The position numbers and the translations under genes were made by a program. A stretch of DNA of 64,000 bases from Oikopleura dioica (taxonomy: Eukaryota; Animalia; Chordata). Where the stretch lies: contig OU015568.1 of assembly GCA_907165135.1 (NCBI GenBank), forward strand, positions 7,936,001 to 8,000,000, read 5' to 3'. Within the stretch, counting starts at the first letter, position 1; the number at the start of each line of letters is the position of its first letter. Below the pieces are notes generated by a model. It was not told where the DNA came from. It ran no database searches and was given only the letters and a program-made list of their open reading frames with translations. This document shows positions 37,306 to 54,399 of this stretch, in pieces.

Positions 37306-37678
37306 TTTCTGAAAAAATGATTTTGAATCAAAATTTTTGACAGTAATAGAAGGTTTAGAACAACTTTTTGGAAATAAACGAACCTTCTTAGTCGAGTGGC
37401 TTCTTTGAAGATTCTCTCGCCAGCGCTAAAATCCGGGAATTCCGTTCGATGTGAAAAATGAATGAAGAGAAAATACGCCCGCGCTATTGGCTCAACTCTT
37501 CAGTTCGTAGTAGAGCGCGAATTTTTCCAAATGTGAGTGACTCGGTACCAAATAGAGAAACACATCTTTTTCTTTCTGTAAAAAGTAGATTTCTATCGAA
37601 TAATTTTTAGCTTCAATTAAGAATATTACTGAATTCATTAAAATTTCTAATAAATGAAAGAGTAGTCTAAATTTTAAG
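37306..37678. promoter_or_regulatory. Putative bidirectional promoter for TIMM10B and the ABHD11-CNOT11 run
   Basis: Divergent ATGs, with ATTGG box and GC motifs (cgcccgcgc, gcgcgaattt). Positional inference. Confidence 0.5.
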
Positions 37679-38556
37679 ATGTTGCGACTTCCTATCCGTC
37701 GATTATCATATACGAAGCTTGGTGATGGCTCTGGAACACCCGTTATCATGTGCCACGGTCTTCTGGGAAACAAGAACAACTTCAACAACATCGGCAAAAT
37801 GATGTCGTATCTGACTGACCGGCCGGTAATCACAATGGACATGCTCAATCATGGCTCTGCCGCGTGGACTGAAAACGGTGGATATGAATTCATGGCCGAG
37901 GAGGTGAAAAAAGCGATTGATGAACTTTGTGGCGGAAAAGCAGTTGTTCTTGGCCACTCGATGGGAGGAAGAGTAGCCATGTGGACGGCGCTGACCTCTC
38001 CAGAGCTGGTGGAAAACTTGATGATCGTAGATGTCACTGCTAATAATTGGGTTGGAAGCCCTCTTCAGATCAAAGGCTTTTTAAAACACATGAAAGACGC
38101 TACTATTCCTGAAGGCCTAAAACGATCAGAAATCAGAAAACATCTCGACGAATACATGACTGAAGTCGCCCCCGAAGTTGGAATAAGAAATTTCCTCATG
38201 ACAAATTTGAAGATCGACAAAAATGGCTTTAGATGGAAAGCGAACGTCGAATATTTATACCAAAAGCTCGATTCGGAGTATGCTTCGATGGAGGCAGTGG
38301 AAGGGCTAGAATATTTGGGAGATACGATTTTGATAGGAGGGGCTAACTCCGACTATATCAAATGGGACGAAAGGGATGAGGATCTGATGACCGAGTTCTT
38401 TCCCTTCATAGAATATGGTATGAAAACGAGTGAAAATGGGAATTTAAATTGTTTTCAGTAAATATTCCCGATGCTGGACATTGGGTACACGCTGAAAAAC
38501 CAGAAGAGTTCCTTGAAGTCTGTTCAAAATTCCTAAATACTCGCATCCAATCATGA
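37679..38556 (+). CDS. ABHD11: Alpha/beta hydrolase ABHD11
   Basis: HGLLGNKNNF, DMLNHG, GHSMGG nucleophile elbow, NFLMTNL, WKANV; last exon AGHWVHAEKP. Confidence 0.92.
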
Positions 38557-38615
38557 TTCTTGTGTATAGTGTATTCTTGTGCGACGATTCTATTCATAAC
38601 TCGGATTTATTTAGT

Positions 38616-41600
38616 ATGAGTCGGTCTTATGCGAGTCTCAATTTGCCAAATTTATCGATAGACGAGTCGGACACCTTTGAAAATCCGAATTTCTTGAGCC
38701 AGACATTCAGCAGAGAGCACTTGGTTTCAAAGCCACAGGAGACGTTCAGCGTTGCCGAAGATAGAAATGTTTTGAATGCCGAAGAACTGAATGATGCCTT
38801 TGCTGGAATTTACAGGGATCATGCGGCGAGCGCTTGTCTTGACGAAGAAGTCAAACTCTATGCTGATGCATCGGGGCAGGCAGGAAATATGCTGCACGAA
38901 CTGGGCAGGCAGTTGGAGAATGCTGGAAGAAAAGCGTATGAAATCAAGGTAAAGAAACTTGAAAATTCCTGTTGTTAAATATAACAGGCTTTTTTTAACG
39001 TTGCACATAATTGGTGGACCGTTTTTGATGGTGTTAGAGTCGAGATATTTCAATTCTCTCTTTTGCACCTTGTTTAAGAGGGTCTGTAGTATGTTAAATA
39101 AGCTTTTGGTGTCGGCACCATCACTGGTGGTGGAGTAATCACGACATCCAAAATACACTAAAATTATAGGAAAATCAAGATGACGTCATTACTCCAGCAC
39201 CAACACTGGTGCTGGCACCAAAAACTATCATAATTATTTCGTATACATGTAGGAAACATCCCTGTATGATAAAAAAGAATATATGGTGCTTTTAAGGACT
39301 TTTCAAAATTTCTCCCACCATTCACGCTTTGCCGCGAATTCCCAATGAATGAGGTCATTACTCCACCACCACTGATGCTGCCGACACCAAAAGCTTATTT
39401 AACATACTACAGACCCTCCCCTACATGGTGCAAAAGAGATAACCAAAATATCTCAACTCTAACCCGCTGAAAAGCGCTCCACAAAAATGGTGCAACGTTA
39501 AAAAAAACCTGTTTATATCATTAGAATCTCTCCAGTGAGATCATCGAAGAAGCAGCTACTTGGAGACTCTTACAGGGAATTATCCAAAACAAAGACTCCG
39601 AAGAAATGGAAAACTTTGCCGAAACTGCCATGTATTCAGAGCGCGACGCCAAGGCCAACTGCTACCGAGCGCACCCCGAACTTCGCCACTTGCGTGCCGT
39701 TCTCGACTGGTTAGAGCACAGCGCTAAATTTGAAGATAACCACTTTACAAATCGAATAACTCCCGACAACACATTCCATCAAGTAAAGTTGGGCAAGATC
39801 GACGTTGATCTCAATCCTGACGTCGCGAAGAAAGATCTTCATGTTTTGGACCAGCAAGCATTGACCAAATTCAACACCGATATCTTTCGCATGATCCGCT
39901 CTGGTGATCTCACTGGAGCCATCGAAAAATGCCTCAATTCTGGTCAAGCATTCAAAGCGGCCATCATGGAAGGAGCTACGATGTATCACAATCCGAAAAT
40001 CGAGGACGAGCATGCAGAGGGCGAAATTGAAGGTGTCGAAATGCGAGATATTTGGAAGAAATCAGCCTTGGCATTTTGTGAGAGCCCTCAAATTCCGCTT
40101 ATTGAGCGAGGAATCATAGGAGCTGTTTGTGGATTCAGTGAGCCGCTTCTTCAATTAGCCAAGAGTTGGGAAGATCGACTCTGGGCGCTTCTCACGGCCG
40201 CGATCGATGTCATCATCGAACAGTCAATTACGGAAAGCATGATGGGAGCTCGAGAGACTTTACCAGATTCATTCTGGAAACAAAATCAACCCGTTGAAAA
40301 CTTGCTGCAAAAAGCTGCGGCTGGAGGCAACTCGCAGGAAAAGAAGACAATCTTCAGAAAAATACAGGAATTCCTGATCCTTGACGATTTGGAAGGTCTT
40401 GGAAGCCATATCGAAACAATAGACGCAAAGAACAAACACCAAGCGAGATTTCTAGCACACTTGTCGACTGTTCTTCAAAGCGTTGGCGTTGGATCTGTTA
40501 CCACGGCTTGCATTGAGTATGTTTTTGATTAATGAACAGGTGGTAAATTTCTTTAGAAATTACTCGAGAATGCTGGTCTCCTCTGTCGACCCTGATTGCC
40601 GACCACATGAGGATGCGCTTCTAGTCGCTCATTATTGCCGACTACTTGACGAAGAATCAGCATCCGGACTTTACTCTCAATTGCTCGTGAATCTGAGCTG
40701 CATGAATCAAATCCATCGTCAGAAGTTGATCGATTTAGCGAATGAGGTCTCATATTTTTCTCTCGCTAGTTTCTCATCTTTCTTCTAGGCTGGGCTTTGT
40801 ATAAGTTCTATCACGAAACAAGCGGCTGTTTCGATGCAGCAGACGAAATCGGGAGAAACTGATTTGGATGCTTTGGAAATTTTACTCGCTAATAAGGATT
40901 TATCGGTAACCTTTTCTTGAAAGCTTTTGGATATCTTTTTCTTTTAGTCTTCGTTCAATATCGCCTGTAGTCTGATCAAAAACATGATTGTTATGAAGAA
41001 CGACGAAGCTGCACGAATCGCGGTGAAGAAAATGGAAGATGCTGGTGCTAATGAAATCAAGAAAAATGAACCATTCGTGGCGATCCGAGCGCACTTGGAA
41101 GCCATGGACATGTTTAGCAAGTGGAGCAGACTCTTCAATAACTCCACGCCGGAGGAAATTCAGGAAATCACATCCGGCTTGACATTTGTGCAGGTAAATC
41201 CATTCTGCTTCATCAACAAGTTATCAACCTCTGATAGAGAGTGACGATCGAATCGAGAAACGAGCAGAAAAGATCTGACATGTTGAAATCAGCGCGAGAG
41301 CTTCAGTCGCTGGCTACGAGAATCGATGAAAAAGTTGTACAGATTCTTACAACGAACGCGGAATGGTTCGACAACGATGCCAAAGCGTATGAAGCCATTT
41401 CTAGAATTTTGTCTGATACTTTTTAGTGTTATTATCCCCCTCCTCGTCGTAGCATCGATGAAGGCTCAATTGGGATCGAACCTGCCAGAGAAAGCGATCA
41501 AAACAGTGAATATGCTCATGAGCTCCAAATACGGCTTGTTCAACTTTCTCAACACTCAAACAGCTCGAAGCGTACTCGACCTCGCCGCAGAAGCTAACTC

Positions 41601-41631
41601 GATGATCCTCGTGAATGAAAATAAGCATTAG
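38616..41631 (+). CDS. NUP107: Nucleoporin Nup107 (spliced)
   Basis: LRAVLDWLE, IFRMIRSG, GQAFKAAIMEG, RDIWKKSA, ERGIIGAVCG, SWEDRLWA motifs. Confidence 0.9.
38983..39513. mobile_element. Foldback-type MITE (531 bp) in NUP107 intron 1
   Basis: Termini AACAGGCTTTTTTTAACGTTGCAC / GTGCAACGTTAAAAAAAACCTGTT; inner inverted block gagggtctgtagtatgttaaataagcttttggtgtcggca; flanked by TAT on both sides. Confidence 0.88.
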
Positions 41632-41774
41632 GCGTTTTTCAATTACTGATTCCCTTTTGAAACCTTGTGAAAGTGTGTGAAGTTCATTTTTAGACCAAAT
41701 TAAACAAACTGCCACTTTAGAAAACTCTCAATAATTGGACATTTTAGAGTTTTTAGAATAATCGGAATTCGAAG

Positions 41775-44700
41775 ATGTTTATTTACATGAGCAAAAAGAT
41801 CGCCGTCCCAGACGGGGCGACGCTAAAAGCCCTTGCTTGGAATAAAACACATGGGTTCATCGCCGCCGCGGGAGTCGATGGATTCTTAAAAGTCCTCAAG
41901 CTTGAATCTCCAGACGATACTCCAGAAAACAGGATAAAGGGTCTATCTGCCCCTTCGAATTTGGACATGAATGAACAACTTGATGGACACTCCACGACTG
42001 TAAAGATTGTCATCTGGAACGAGGTCTACAGAAAACTCACAAGCGCTGACTCCCGCGGTCGAATAATCGTTTGGGTCATGTACGACGGGCGGTGGTACGA
42101 GGAAATGATTAATTACAGGCCGAAGACGACAGTTACCTCCATGCAGTGGTCGCCCGAGGGGGAGAGAATAGCGATCGCATATGATGATGGGCAAGTCATC
42201 GTTGGTTCAGTTGACGGTCAGCGAGTGTGGGGCAAGTCAATCGGTGATTCTCCAGTCACACATGTTAATTGGTCACCTGAAGGAGACAAACTGCTCCTGG
42301 TCCTTGCTGGAACAGAAGTCATGGTACACGATGCCAACGGAGACCAACTATTCAAAATGAGAAGCATTCCTCCGGGTCAACGTGTCTTCTCAATCGCCTG
42401 GTATGCTGACGAAATCCACTTTTTAGCACCGAGCAAAAACACGCTTGTCATAACATTTATGTCTGGTAAAGCCGTGTTACTTGAAAATGAGTCAGATCCG
42501 AAGCCAGAGATGATCGACACTGGATTAGAAGAAGTCAAAGATGTCAAATTCTCTCCCGACGGTCTTTATATCGCCTTTGCTGGCAATAAGCGAAACTCAC
42601 CAAAGCTTCCGTATTGGTGCGAGTTATTTAACACAGCCGGAGCACACTTACGTTCACTAAAACTTCCCGGACCAGTGGAATCGATTTCGTGGGAGAGATT
42701 ACGACTAGCTGTCAGTTACAAGGACTCGATATATTTCGCGAATCTGAGGCCTGATTATTTATGGGGCTATTGTGCAGAGTCCCACACACTGGTGTACGCA
42801 TTCCAAGGTGATCTTGGTACTCCAAAGATTATGTTCTGGAATACGAAAACCGGCGGTCGTCATTTGAAGACTATCGAGTCGCTGAATCACCTTGGCACCG
42901 CTGGAGACCACGTTGTCATTTGCAAGAGCGCTGTCAACTCACAACTATCGCTGCTGAACTCGATCGGGGCTGAGCTTGATCAAATCACTGTTCCATTCTT
43001 TGTCAAGTTCCTCGCTGTTGGCAAAAACTTCGCGGTCGCTGCAAGTATAGACAAAGTGTTTGTTTGGCGGCTGAAAATTGCGGAAAAGTCAAGCATCGGC
43101 CAGTATGCTGCCGTCGCTGGACAACAGACGAAAATGATCGACGTGGATCGAGAGGGAAATGATGAAGTCACGGCGATCTGTGCGAGTCAAAGTCATTTCA
43201 TCATCGCCAGAGATAGCGGCAAACTCTTACGTTACGGCTTGCCAAGTATGGAGCTCGAGCAAGAGTTCCAGTTTTCTGGTGGCACTCCTTTAGACATAAA
43301 GCTCAACTCCAACTCCTCAAAAGTATCAGTAATTGATCATCAAGCGTTGTTGTATATTGTTGACCTGGATGCACGTCAAGATGATGGGAGCAAAGGTGAA
43401 CAGACGAACTTTGATAGGAAAGAATGCTGGAATGTCATGTGGGCCAGTGACGACTCCAGTCAATTGGCGCTGAATGAAAAGACAAAGCTTACGATATTCC
43501 ACGACAAGAAACATGAAGAACCTATCGTTACATCTGCGTTTGTCTCCTTGATGCGAGATCACGAAGTTGAATGTGTACTGGTTGATGAAATCATGCGGCG
43601 TCCAGAAGATCCACGCCCTACGGACATTTTTGTCCAGGAATCAGAAACGCTGAGGAATGTGCGAGAAACCATCGAAAAAATAGGAATCGGCCAAGCGAAA
43701 GAAATGGTTCTCAAAAACTCGAGTCCTCGGCTATGGCGAATACTTGGTGAAGCAGCGATGGAAAAGCTCGAACTCAAGACGGCAGAAGAGGCGTTTATTC
43801 ATTGCAAGGACTATCTGGCGATTCAAGTTATCAAAAAGCTGAAGAATTATAGCGACGATACACTGAAGAGTGCAGAGATTGCGGCATTCTTCGGGAGGCA
43901 TGAAGACGCTGAGAATTTATACAGATCAATTGATAGGTGATAAATATTTTCCCCCTAAAACTTACTCAAAAATCAGGTTGGATCTTGCAACAGAGCATCA
44001 ACGTCTAATTGGAAATGAACAAAAAGTGTTACAGATTTTAAAAACAACTCATGACAGTGCGTTGTCTGACGATACTCAACTCAGAAAGTCTTGTAAAAAT
44101 ATTGGTATCAAAGTAAGTCGCCAGCTGCTTTTTTAGAGCTCATTATTTTTTAGTCCTTTTACGATAAAAATTGGGATGTTGCTTGTAAATTTCTCAATGA
44201 TGCTGGTGAATTTAAAAAGGTATAATTTCGACAAATGAAAATCGAATTTAATAGAATTTTAAGAACATTAGAGCTCATTACATGGCTGGCGATTGGCAGG
44301 GCATGATGAGAATAGAGCAAGCTCTCTTTGATGGAGCTGAAGAACTTGTCGAGTGTGGTCGTCTCTATCGCAGCCTAGGCTTATCAGAGCAAGCAATCAA
44401 TGCGTTCATTCGAGCTCACAGACCCGACTTGGCATGTAAGACTGCTGTAGAGCTTAATGATTGGGAAAAGGCTGTTAAACTTGCAGAGGCTCATAAACTT
44501 GATGATGTTTCTGGTTTGCTTGAGAAGAAAGCCGCGTCGCTGCTGGACGCTAAGCTAGGTAAGTCTTTATTGACGAAGACTATTACTACTTATTTTGTTT
44601 TGCAGACTGCCAAGCGTCTCAATTATACAGCAAAGCGGGCAACTTCATCAAGGCAGCTCAGCTCCTCTTCAAAGTCGCCGCCAAGGAGGGCTCACTCGCT

Positions 44701-45421
44701 AATCTCCAGCCTATTCGAGTCAAGAAGCTCTACGTTCTCTCCGCACTACTTGTTGAGCAACATCACGACCAGAGAAAAGCTCAATCCGGAAGAACTGACA
44801 CGCTTGGAGTGCTGGAAGGAGTTTTGAGAGAAGAAAAAGAAGATTTCGCCGTTGTAACGATGCTTGATTCAGCTTGGCGAGGGGCTGAAGCGTGGCATTT
44901 CTACACACTTGCTTGTAAACAACTCTACAGGTAAACATCTCTTATAATACAGACGTAAAATTTTACTTACAGTGGAAATCCTGATGCAGCAGCGACAACA
45001 TCCATCTGTCTCGCCCAATATGAAGATCTCATTGACCCGGTAAAAATCTACTCTCTTCAAGCTACCGCCTCAGCCGCCGCTCGTCGTTTTGGTCTTTGTT
45101 CGCGAGCATTTAGTAAACTTGAAGCAATGCCAAGCTTATCTGAAGATGAGCAAAATCAGTACGCACAGTTGGCGATCAGAATCTTTAAAAAATACCGCCC
45201 GGAGGACACCAATCCATATGACAAGATGCAAAAAGAGACGAAAATACCGACGTGTGTCATGTCTGGAAGACCTCTTACAGGTAGCACAAGACATTTGACA
45301 GTTCCTTAAATCTTGTTTAGACTGCCAGTTCTGGATGTGCTCGACCTGTCGGCATTGCGCCTACGAAAATGAAATCCAAAGAGCAGAAATTTGTCCAATG
45401 TGTCACAGCCGAACAGTCTAA
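41775..45421 (+). CDS. WDR35: IFT-A subunit WDR35/IFT121 (spliced)
   Basis: MFIYMSKKIAVP, GLSAPSNLDMNEQLDGH, YRKLTSADSRGRIIVW, WYEEMINYR; C-terminal CVMSGRPL...WMCSTCRH...CPMCH zinc motif. Confidence 0.97.
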
Positions 45422-45517
45422 GATCCAAAACCAACTGTTTATTTTTCTACAATTCTGTCAAAGTCTATATTTTCTACTGAAATTTTCGTATTTTTCTACT
45501 GTTATATCTACCTTTTC

Positions 45518-45750
45518 GTATAAACAGGTTTTTTTTTATACTGACGCAAATTGGTGGAGCGTTTTTGAATACCTTCCACTCAACATTTTTCATTTCTCTC
45601 TTTTGGAGAGTAATGAAGAGTGTCTGTAGTATGTTAAATAAGCTTTTGGTGTCATTTGCACCATTGGTGGTGGAGATATGACGTCATCATTCTCGAGGTC
45701 TCTATTCATAATGCATTTTGATGACGTCATTACTCCACCATCATTACTGC
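45518..45750. mobile_element. Truncated relative of the NUP107-intron MITE
   Basis: Shares tataaacaggtttttttta, aattggtgga.cgtttttga, tctgtagtatgttaaataagcttttggtgtc and gatgacgtcattactcca with 38983-39513. Confidence 0.8.
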
Positions 45751-45767
45751 TTCAATTTTGTTTTTAG

Positions 45768-46404
45768 ATGTCGGGTGAAAGTAGTTCACAGGACCTTCTG
45801 GTGAAGGTGCAGAAGAAGGTTCTTGGGAAAATGGTGGGGAAAAACTCTATCAAACTAGTTGTCGATGATAATATCTCCGTCGTGCTAGACGATTTCTACA
45901 AGTGGGCAAAGGTAAGTTCTCGTCCTTGATTTCAAGTAAGAAACATTTCGAAGATCGAGTCGGGAAAAGCAACAGCAGAAAAACTGTTAAAAGACGCGAT
46001 CAAATTGGTAGTTAAAACCGGAGTTCTATTCCACAACAAGCAAATCGATCAGGGCGAAATCAAAAACTGGGAAATTCTGCGCTCGAAAATCAACAATATT
46101 GCCAACACAATTTGCTACTTTCACAGGACTCCGTTTACGTATAATAAAGACATGCTCCACGGCCAACTTGACTCGGCCGACACTCTTCTCAAAACTGCAT
46201 TGAAGGTAGCTTCATTAGAAATTTTCTGATTGACATTGCGTTTAGCCTCACGTGACAGAAAAAACCATCGGCCGAGTAGAGAACGTGTTTGGCTGGCTAA
46301 AAAAGACCGAGCACCTCGATTCTCTTTACTCGACGAAGCACGACGCGCTACGAGAGGACATGATTACCAAGCTCGAAGTCCTGCTTGAAAAAGACGGCAT
46401 CTAA
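45768..46404 (+). CDS. TNFAIP8: TNFAIP8/TIPE family protein (spliced)
   Basis: VQKKVLGKM, LDDFYK, EKLLKDAIKLVVKTGVLF, FTYNKDML, KTIGRVENVF. Confidence 0.88.
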
Positions 46405-46705
46405 GCACCCCTGCATTCCCCACACTTACACATCAAACTGCGAAAGCCCTATCAACTTAACACTTATCAACTTATCTCCCTCCTGCATTTCTGTCCTCCA
46501 TCTTCTATCGACGAGCCTTCCAATTTTTTATCGAGCTTATTCACATGTAAAGTATGTTCGAACAACTCACTTCAATTCACTTCACTTCGTACTGATCTAT
46601 TCTCGTGCCTTACTAAAGTTTATAACAATAACCATTATATACAGAGAAAGAACTGCTCACCCAGCTAATCATTTGTAAATAAAAGATTGATTTGAAAAGT
46701 TGAAA

Positions 46706-47267
46706 ATGGCGCAGAATATTGACTTTGACGAGGAAGACGCAGCTCAGCTCCAGTTTCCAAAGGTTCATCTTTCATTAAGGCGTCGATTTAACAAGTTATA
46801 AGGAGTTTGCAGAAACCACGACGCTCATGAATTCGGAAGTCAAAGTTCTCCTCGAGCATAGGATGAAAAACGACGAAGGAAGACGAGATGATGTCGAGCT
46901 TTCGGAAGTATTCCAGAAGACACTTGACTACTGCAAGGTATTGAACAGTTCTAACGTACAACTGTCAGTTCTGACATTAGCACTGCTAACATTTGATTGT
47001 AGCGATTCTCCAAGTTCAAGAATCAAGACGTCATTGTCAACGTCAGAACTATGCTGACGGCAAAGCGGCTACATCGTTTTGAAATCGCTGCGCTCGCCAA
47101 TCTTTGCCCTGAAACCGCTGATGAAGCTAAAGGTATATTATTAGAAATTAACCATCGCGTATCTTATCGTTGTAGCGTTGATTCCCAGTTTGGAGGGCCG
47201 CTTCCCTGACGAAGAACTCCAGCAAATGTTGGACGACATGGCTACGCAGCGAAGTTTCCAAAGCTGA
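46706..47267 (+). CDS. POLR2D: RNA polymerase II subunit RPB4 (spliced)
   Basis: [58 protein letters not shown]. Confidence 0.97.
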
Positions 47268-47388
47268 ATTAGTCTGATTACTGTTCTCATCGAAAAGCTC
47301 CGCAAATTGCGAACTGTAAAAAATACTGCCGAAATTGAACAAGCTGGCAATTTGATTTATATTTTATAGAGTATTTGGACGAAATCGG

Positions 47389-49249
47389 ATGTTTTCTGGG
47401 TACATCGATAGCAAAGGTGATCTGTACGAGATCACTCTATCAACATCTGTCGATGGATTCCGAGTTAGAGTGCGATTAGAGCGGCAAAGCTGGGCAAATT
47501 CCTTCTCGCCGCAGTATATATCCGAGTTGACCAAGAAAACTGGTTGTCACAAGGACTTTGATACGTTTATTACACTCTTGGCAAAAGCAATCACTGGAAA
47601 AGGTCTGTTGAAAGTCTGTCTAAATTGACCACTTTAATGAGTCATTAATAATGACTCTTTTTAGAAAATACCGAATGTTGTCTTCAAATACTAACTCCCG
47701 CAGATCTCGAGTCCCTCCGCAACGGATCAACTTCCGCTCGGCAACCTTCGCACATAAGGCCTCCTGGAGATCGACGTTATCTCTTACTTACAGTTCACAA
47801 TAATTACGAAAAGAACCACTTCCCACTCAGCCTTCTTCCTGAAAGTAGTCAAGTCTTCAACCCAACCTCAGTTTTAAAACCAGGCAACACACTTCACTTC
47901 CCGAATAAAAGCGAATCCGACGCACTCGAGCTACGCACGATAATCGGACAACTTCAAGACGAAATCAGGAGACTAAAAGCGCCGGATACAGTTGCTCATC
48001 AAAAGTCAAATTTTGAAGCGCTCGTTTACGAGAACATGATGCTGAAACAAAAGCTAGAAGAAGCGAAAAACGAAGTCAAAACAGTAACAAGTGCCAAACA
48101 TCAACGACAAATCCGTAAATTAGGTAAATCTTCCTCGATTAGACCAATCTTTCAATATGCAATCAGTTGAAGAAATGGAAACTGCATTGAGCTCAGAAAA
48201 GACGAAAAACAAGAAAATCCTCTCTCAGAAAAACGCTCAGATAAAATCTCTAGAAGGAGAACTTCGCGAGTTCCAATCAGAAAACAGAAAGCTAGAATCA
48301 AGACTAAGCAAGTTAAAAACAGAACTAGAAACGTACAAGCGCGGTAGAAAACCGACGATATCTCACACATCTGTATCGCGGATACGAGATACTAGATCGA
48401 GAGAAAACTCTTATGATAGACAGCGAAGTCGACAGAACTCAAGGGAGAGGACTTCTAGGCCCGTCAAAAGGAACAGTTTGAAATGGCTCTATTCTGATCG
48501 ATTGAATAACCTCTAGCGCCTAAGGCAGGAAATCTATTCTACCGAAAATCGATCATCAGACCGGAAAGGCGCATTTCAACCTTTTCAAAAGAGCTTCATA
48601 CACAGCCTCAACTCGAGCTTCAAGATCAAGAGAAGTTTCCCCTGCTGTATCAAACAGAAGCGGACCTGTACCTTCTACTGGTCGACGGTCGAACTTTAGG
48701 TCGAGAGATGTTTCCCCCGCGTGCTCTGTCAGTTCGAGAAGATCAGTATCATCCATCGGATCTGCGAAATCGGTGGGATCAGTTGGCTCCAGGGGGAGCT
48801 TCAAGCGATTCGACCCAACTGCTTATGTCAGAGCAAAAAAGCAGAGAGAAAGTGAGACAAAAAGATCATTAGGTAAGAAACTGAAAGAATTTCAAGTGAG
48901 CAAAAGTTTTAGCGCGTAACAGAAGACCCCCGGCCATTGAGAAACCAAAATCACGATCGAGAGCAGAATCAGTTGATTCAAACTACTCTCGGAAATCTAG
49001 GCAAGTTTATTTCTAGTAAGGCTTTTTAAATGTCTTTACAGACTATCGCGAAAATCCACTGTAACTCGTTCTTCAACACCTGATCCTTCACATCACTCCT
49101 TGCAAAACGACACACTTGACTCCTACACAGGAAGCCAGGCTTCTCTCCGTCTTGAGGATTCGCTCATCAACGGTAGCTCCTTCAACATCGGCGAGATTGA
49201 CCAACGCCTTGAAGCACTTCAAATGTACATCAACGAAGCCTTACACTGA
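47389..49249 (+). CDS. CCDC61: Centriolar coiled-coil protein CCDC61/VFL3 (spliced)
   Basis: W..SFSPQYISELTKKTGCHKDF, LQILTPADLESLR, RRYLLL...HFPL, RFDPTAYV, EIDQRLEALQMYI*. Confidence 0.88.
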
Positions 49250-49342
49250 TACTTTCCATTCCACTTCTTTTGTATTTCCTTTCTTAATTTTGATACACGA
49301 AGTTATTTTTTCCAACAAAAGCAGTGAGCACGACCTCTTAGA

Positions 49343-52338
<2,996 letters not shown>

Positions 52339-52536
52339 ACGATTCACAACACATTCCTTGCAAAAAAAATAGGAAAATTAATTAATCTTGAATCACTGAA
52401 CCTTCATTTATCTCACTGCCACCTTATGAAATCGCACCTGACGACCAAACCCCTTATCTGACTCACATGTAGAGAGCAAGGAACAAAAAATAAAGTTCAA
52501 TCTGAAAGCTAAAAGATCTTTTTATTGCAGAATGAA

Positions 52537-54004
52537 ATGTCACTAACCGCCGAGGAGCTTGATGCGCTTCTAACGTTCACAGATCGATGCCAAGATGGCA
52601 AGGACTCCGAAAGAAGTATACAGGATTTGAGCCTGTCTTTGTACACTGAAAAACTCAACGACCACAGACTCGTTTCCGGGCTAGCCTGTTTGCTTGAATG
52701 CGACCTCCTCAGCAGGGTTGCGCGCGTTGGCGTCATTGGCGCGCTTGGTTGCTCCAAAGAAACGCCATTCAAAGAAATTTATCATAGGATCAATCCAGTT
52801 TTAAGTAATCCCTTTGAGCAGGTACGTAGTCAATATTCGACTCGTGGTAAATTCTTGTAGAAATTGCTGCGTAATATTCTTTCCGGAAATAAAGATGTTC
52901 TTCAAAAAAGCCCAAAAGCATTGCTGTCAACAGAGCTGCCAGATGTTCCATTGCCACTGATTGAGAAAGCGCTTGGAGATGACTCGCGATCTGCATTGCA
53001 GCGAGCAGCAATTTCTTCCATAATTCCAGATCCAGAACGCTTCAACGTTTCCAATCAAAGCGGTGCACTTCTGTCCTCATTCTCTTCCTTGATTTGAATT
53101 TAGATGAACAACTCCGCAGAACTACGATGCAAATGATCCTTTCCGAGCCAAGCTTTGGGCAGCGATTCTTGCGCCCTTCACAGATCTCGATTCCTCCTCC
53201 TGTTTTTGACTATATTGAAAATGAGGTACAGTCGCTTAAAGATATCTTTTACCAATAAGTCCAAGCTGGAATGGATGCTTCCAAACGAACACTACCACCA
53301 CACGTTGGAGTGGGATGATGAAATGTGTGTAAATAGCAAGGAAACGAGCGAATTCGAAAGATTACTGAAATTTTCGACAGAAAGAAAGCTCGACGCCACG
53401 GAAGAAGCATATTTAAAAGAAGCTATAAAGGTTTTTACTTGAGTAGTGACAGTTCTTACGTTTTCCGTAGAAAGACCACCGGCTGATGGAGTCGCTTGGA
53501 TTCACAGCCGACTTGCTGCCTCAACTGGTCGAGTACAACCCCATGCTGACAGTTGAGTTCCTCATGACCGTCCTGGAGCACGAAGACAAGGACGAGATCA
53601 AAAAGTATCTTCATCAAATGACGCAAATACCTGTAACGTTGCAGAGTCTCGAGGTGGTCAACCGCCTCGTCTCGCAAGTTGAACTGCCTTCAGACTTCAT
53701 CCCTTATTATATTTCGCGCTGCACGAAGACGTGCGAGGACCAAAAGGTACTCAGCTAACTGTAATGGCTATGAACGGAACGTAGGATCGCTCGCAGCAAG
53801 GCCGTCTTGTGCGTTTGGTTTGCGTCTTCTTGCGGGCGCTCATCAACAACTCCCTGTACGACATGAAGGACAGCCTGAGCGAGGTGCAAGGATTCTGTGT
53901 CGAGTTCGCAAGGATACGCGAGGCCGCCGCGCTCTTCAGGTTAGATCCGCACACATGTTTCGCTTCTATTTATTAGGGCCCTTAAGACTGCTAAGGAAAG
54001 TTGA
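52537..54004 (+). CDS. CNOT11: CCR4-NOT subunit CNOT11 (spliced)
   Basis: [62 protein letters not shown]. Confidence 0.95.
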
Positions 54005-54399
54005 CTCGGAAAGAAGCGCCACCTCCAAAAGTTGATGCAAAATCCACTGCTGATAAAAATTCATAAAACTAAATAAAAATAATAAAATCACTCACTCTCA
54101 CGCGTTGAACATCGCGTTCTATCTTACTCAGCAAGAAAAAAGAGTCAAGTACAGGGACTTGTGCAGTTTCTTTTTCTCATTTTCACCAAGCAAAGGCAGC
54201 AAATCCGCCAAATCCGAGAACATTAGTCCCACTTGAAATGGCTGCTTTGAACCTTCTTTTTTCATGAACTCGAGCTTCACCTACGGCTTTTAGTATAATA
54301 TTTCAACAGTTGCTTTCTTCCAAAGGAATTTCCAACAGTTGAGAGAACGGTGCAGATGTGGAGCTTGAGGTTTCTCTTTTTAACTAGCGATTTTACGCA

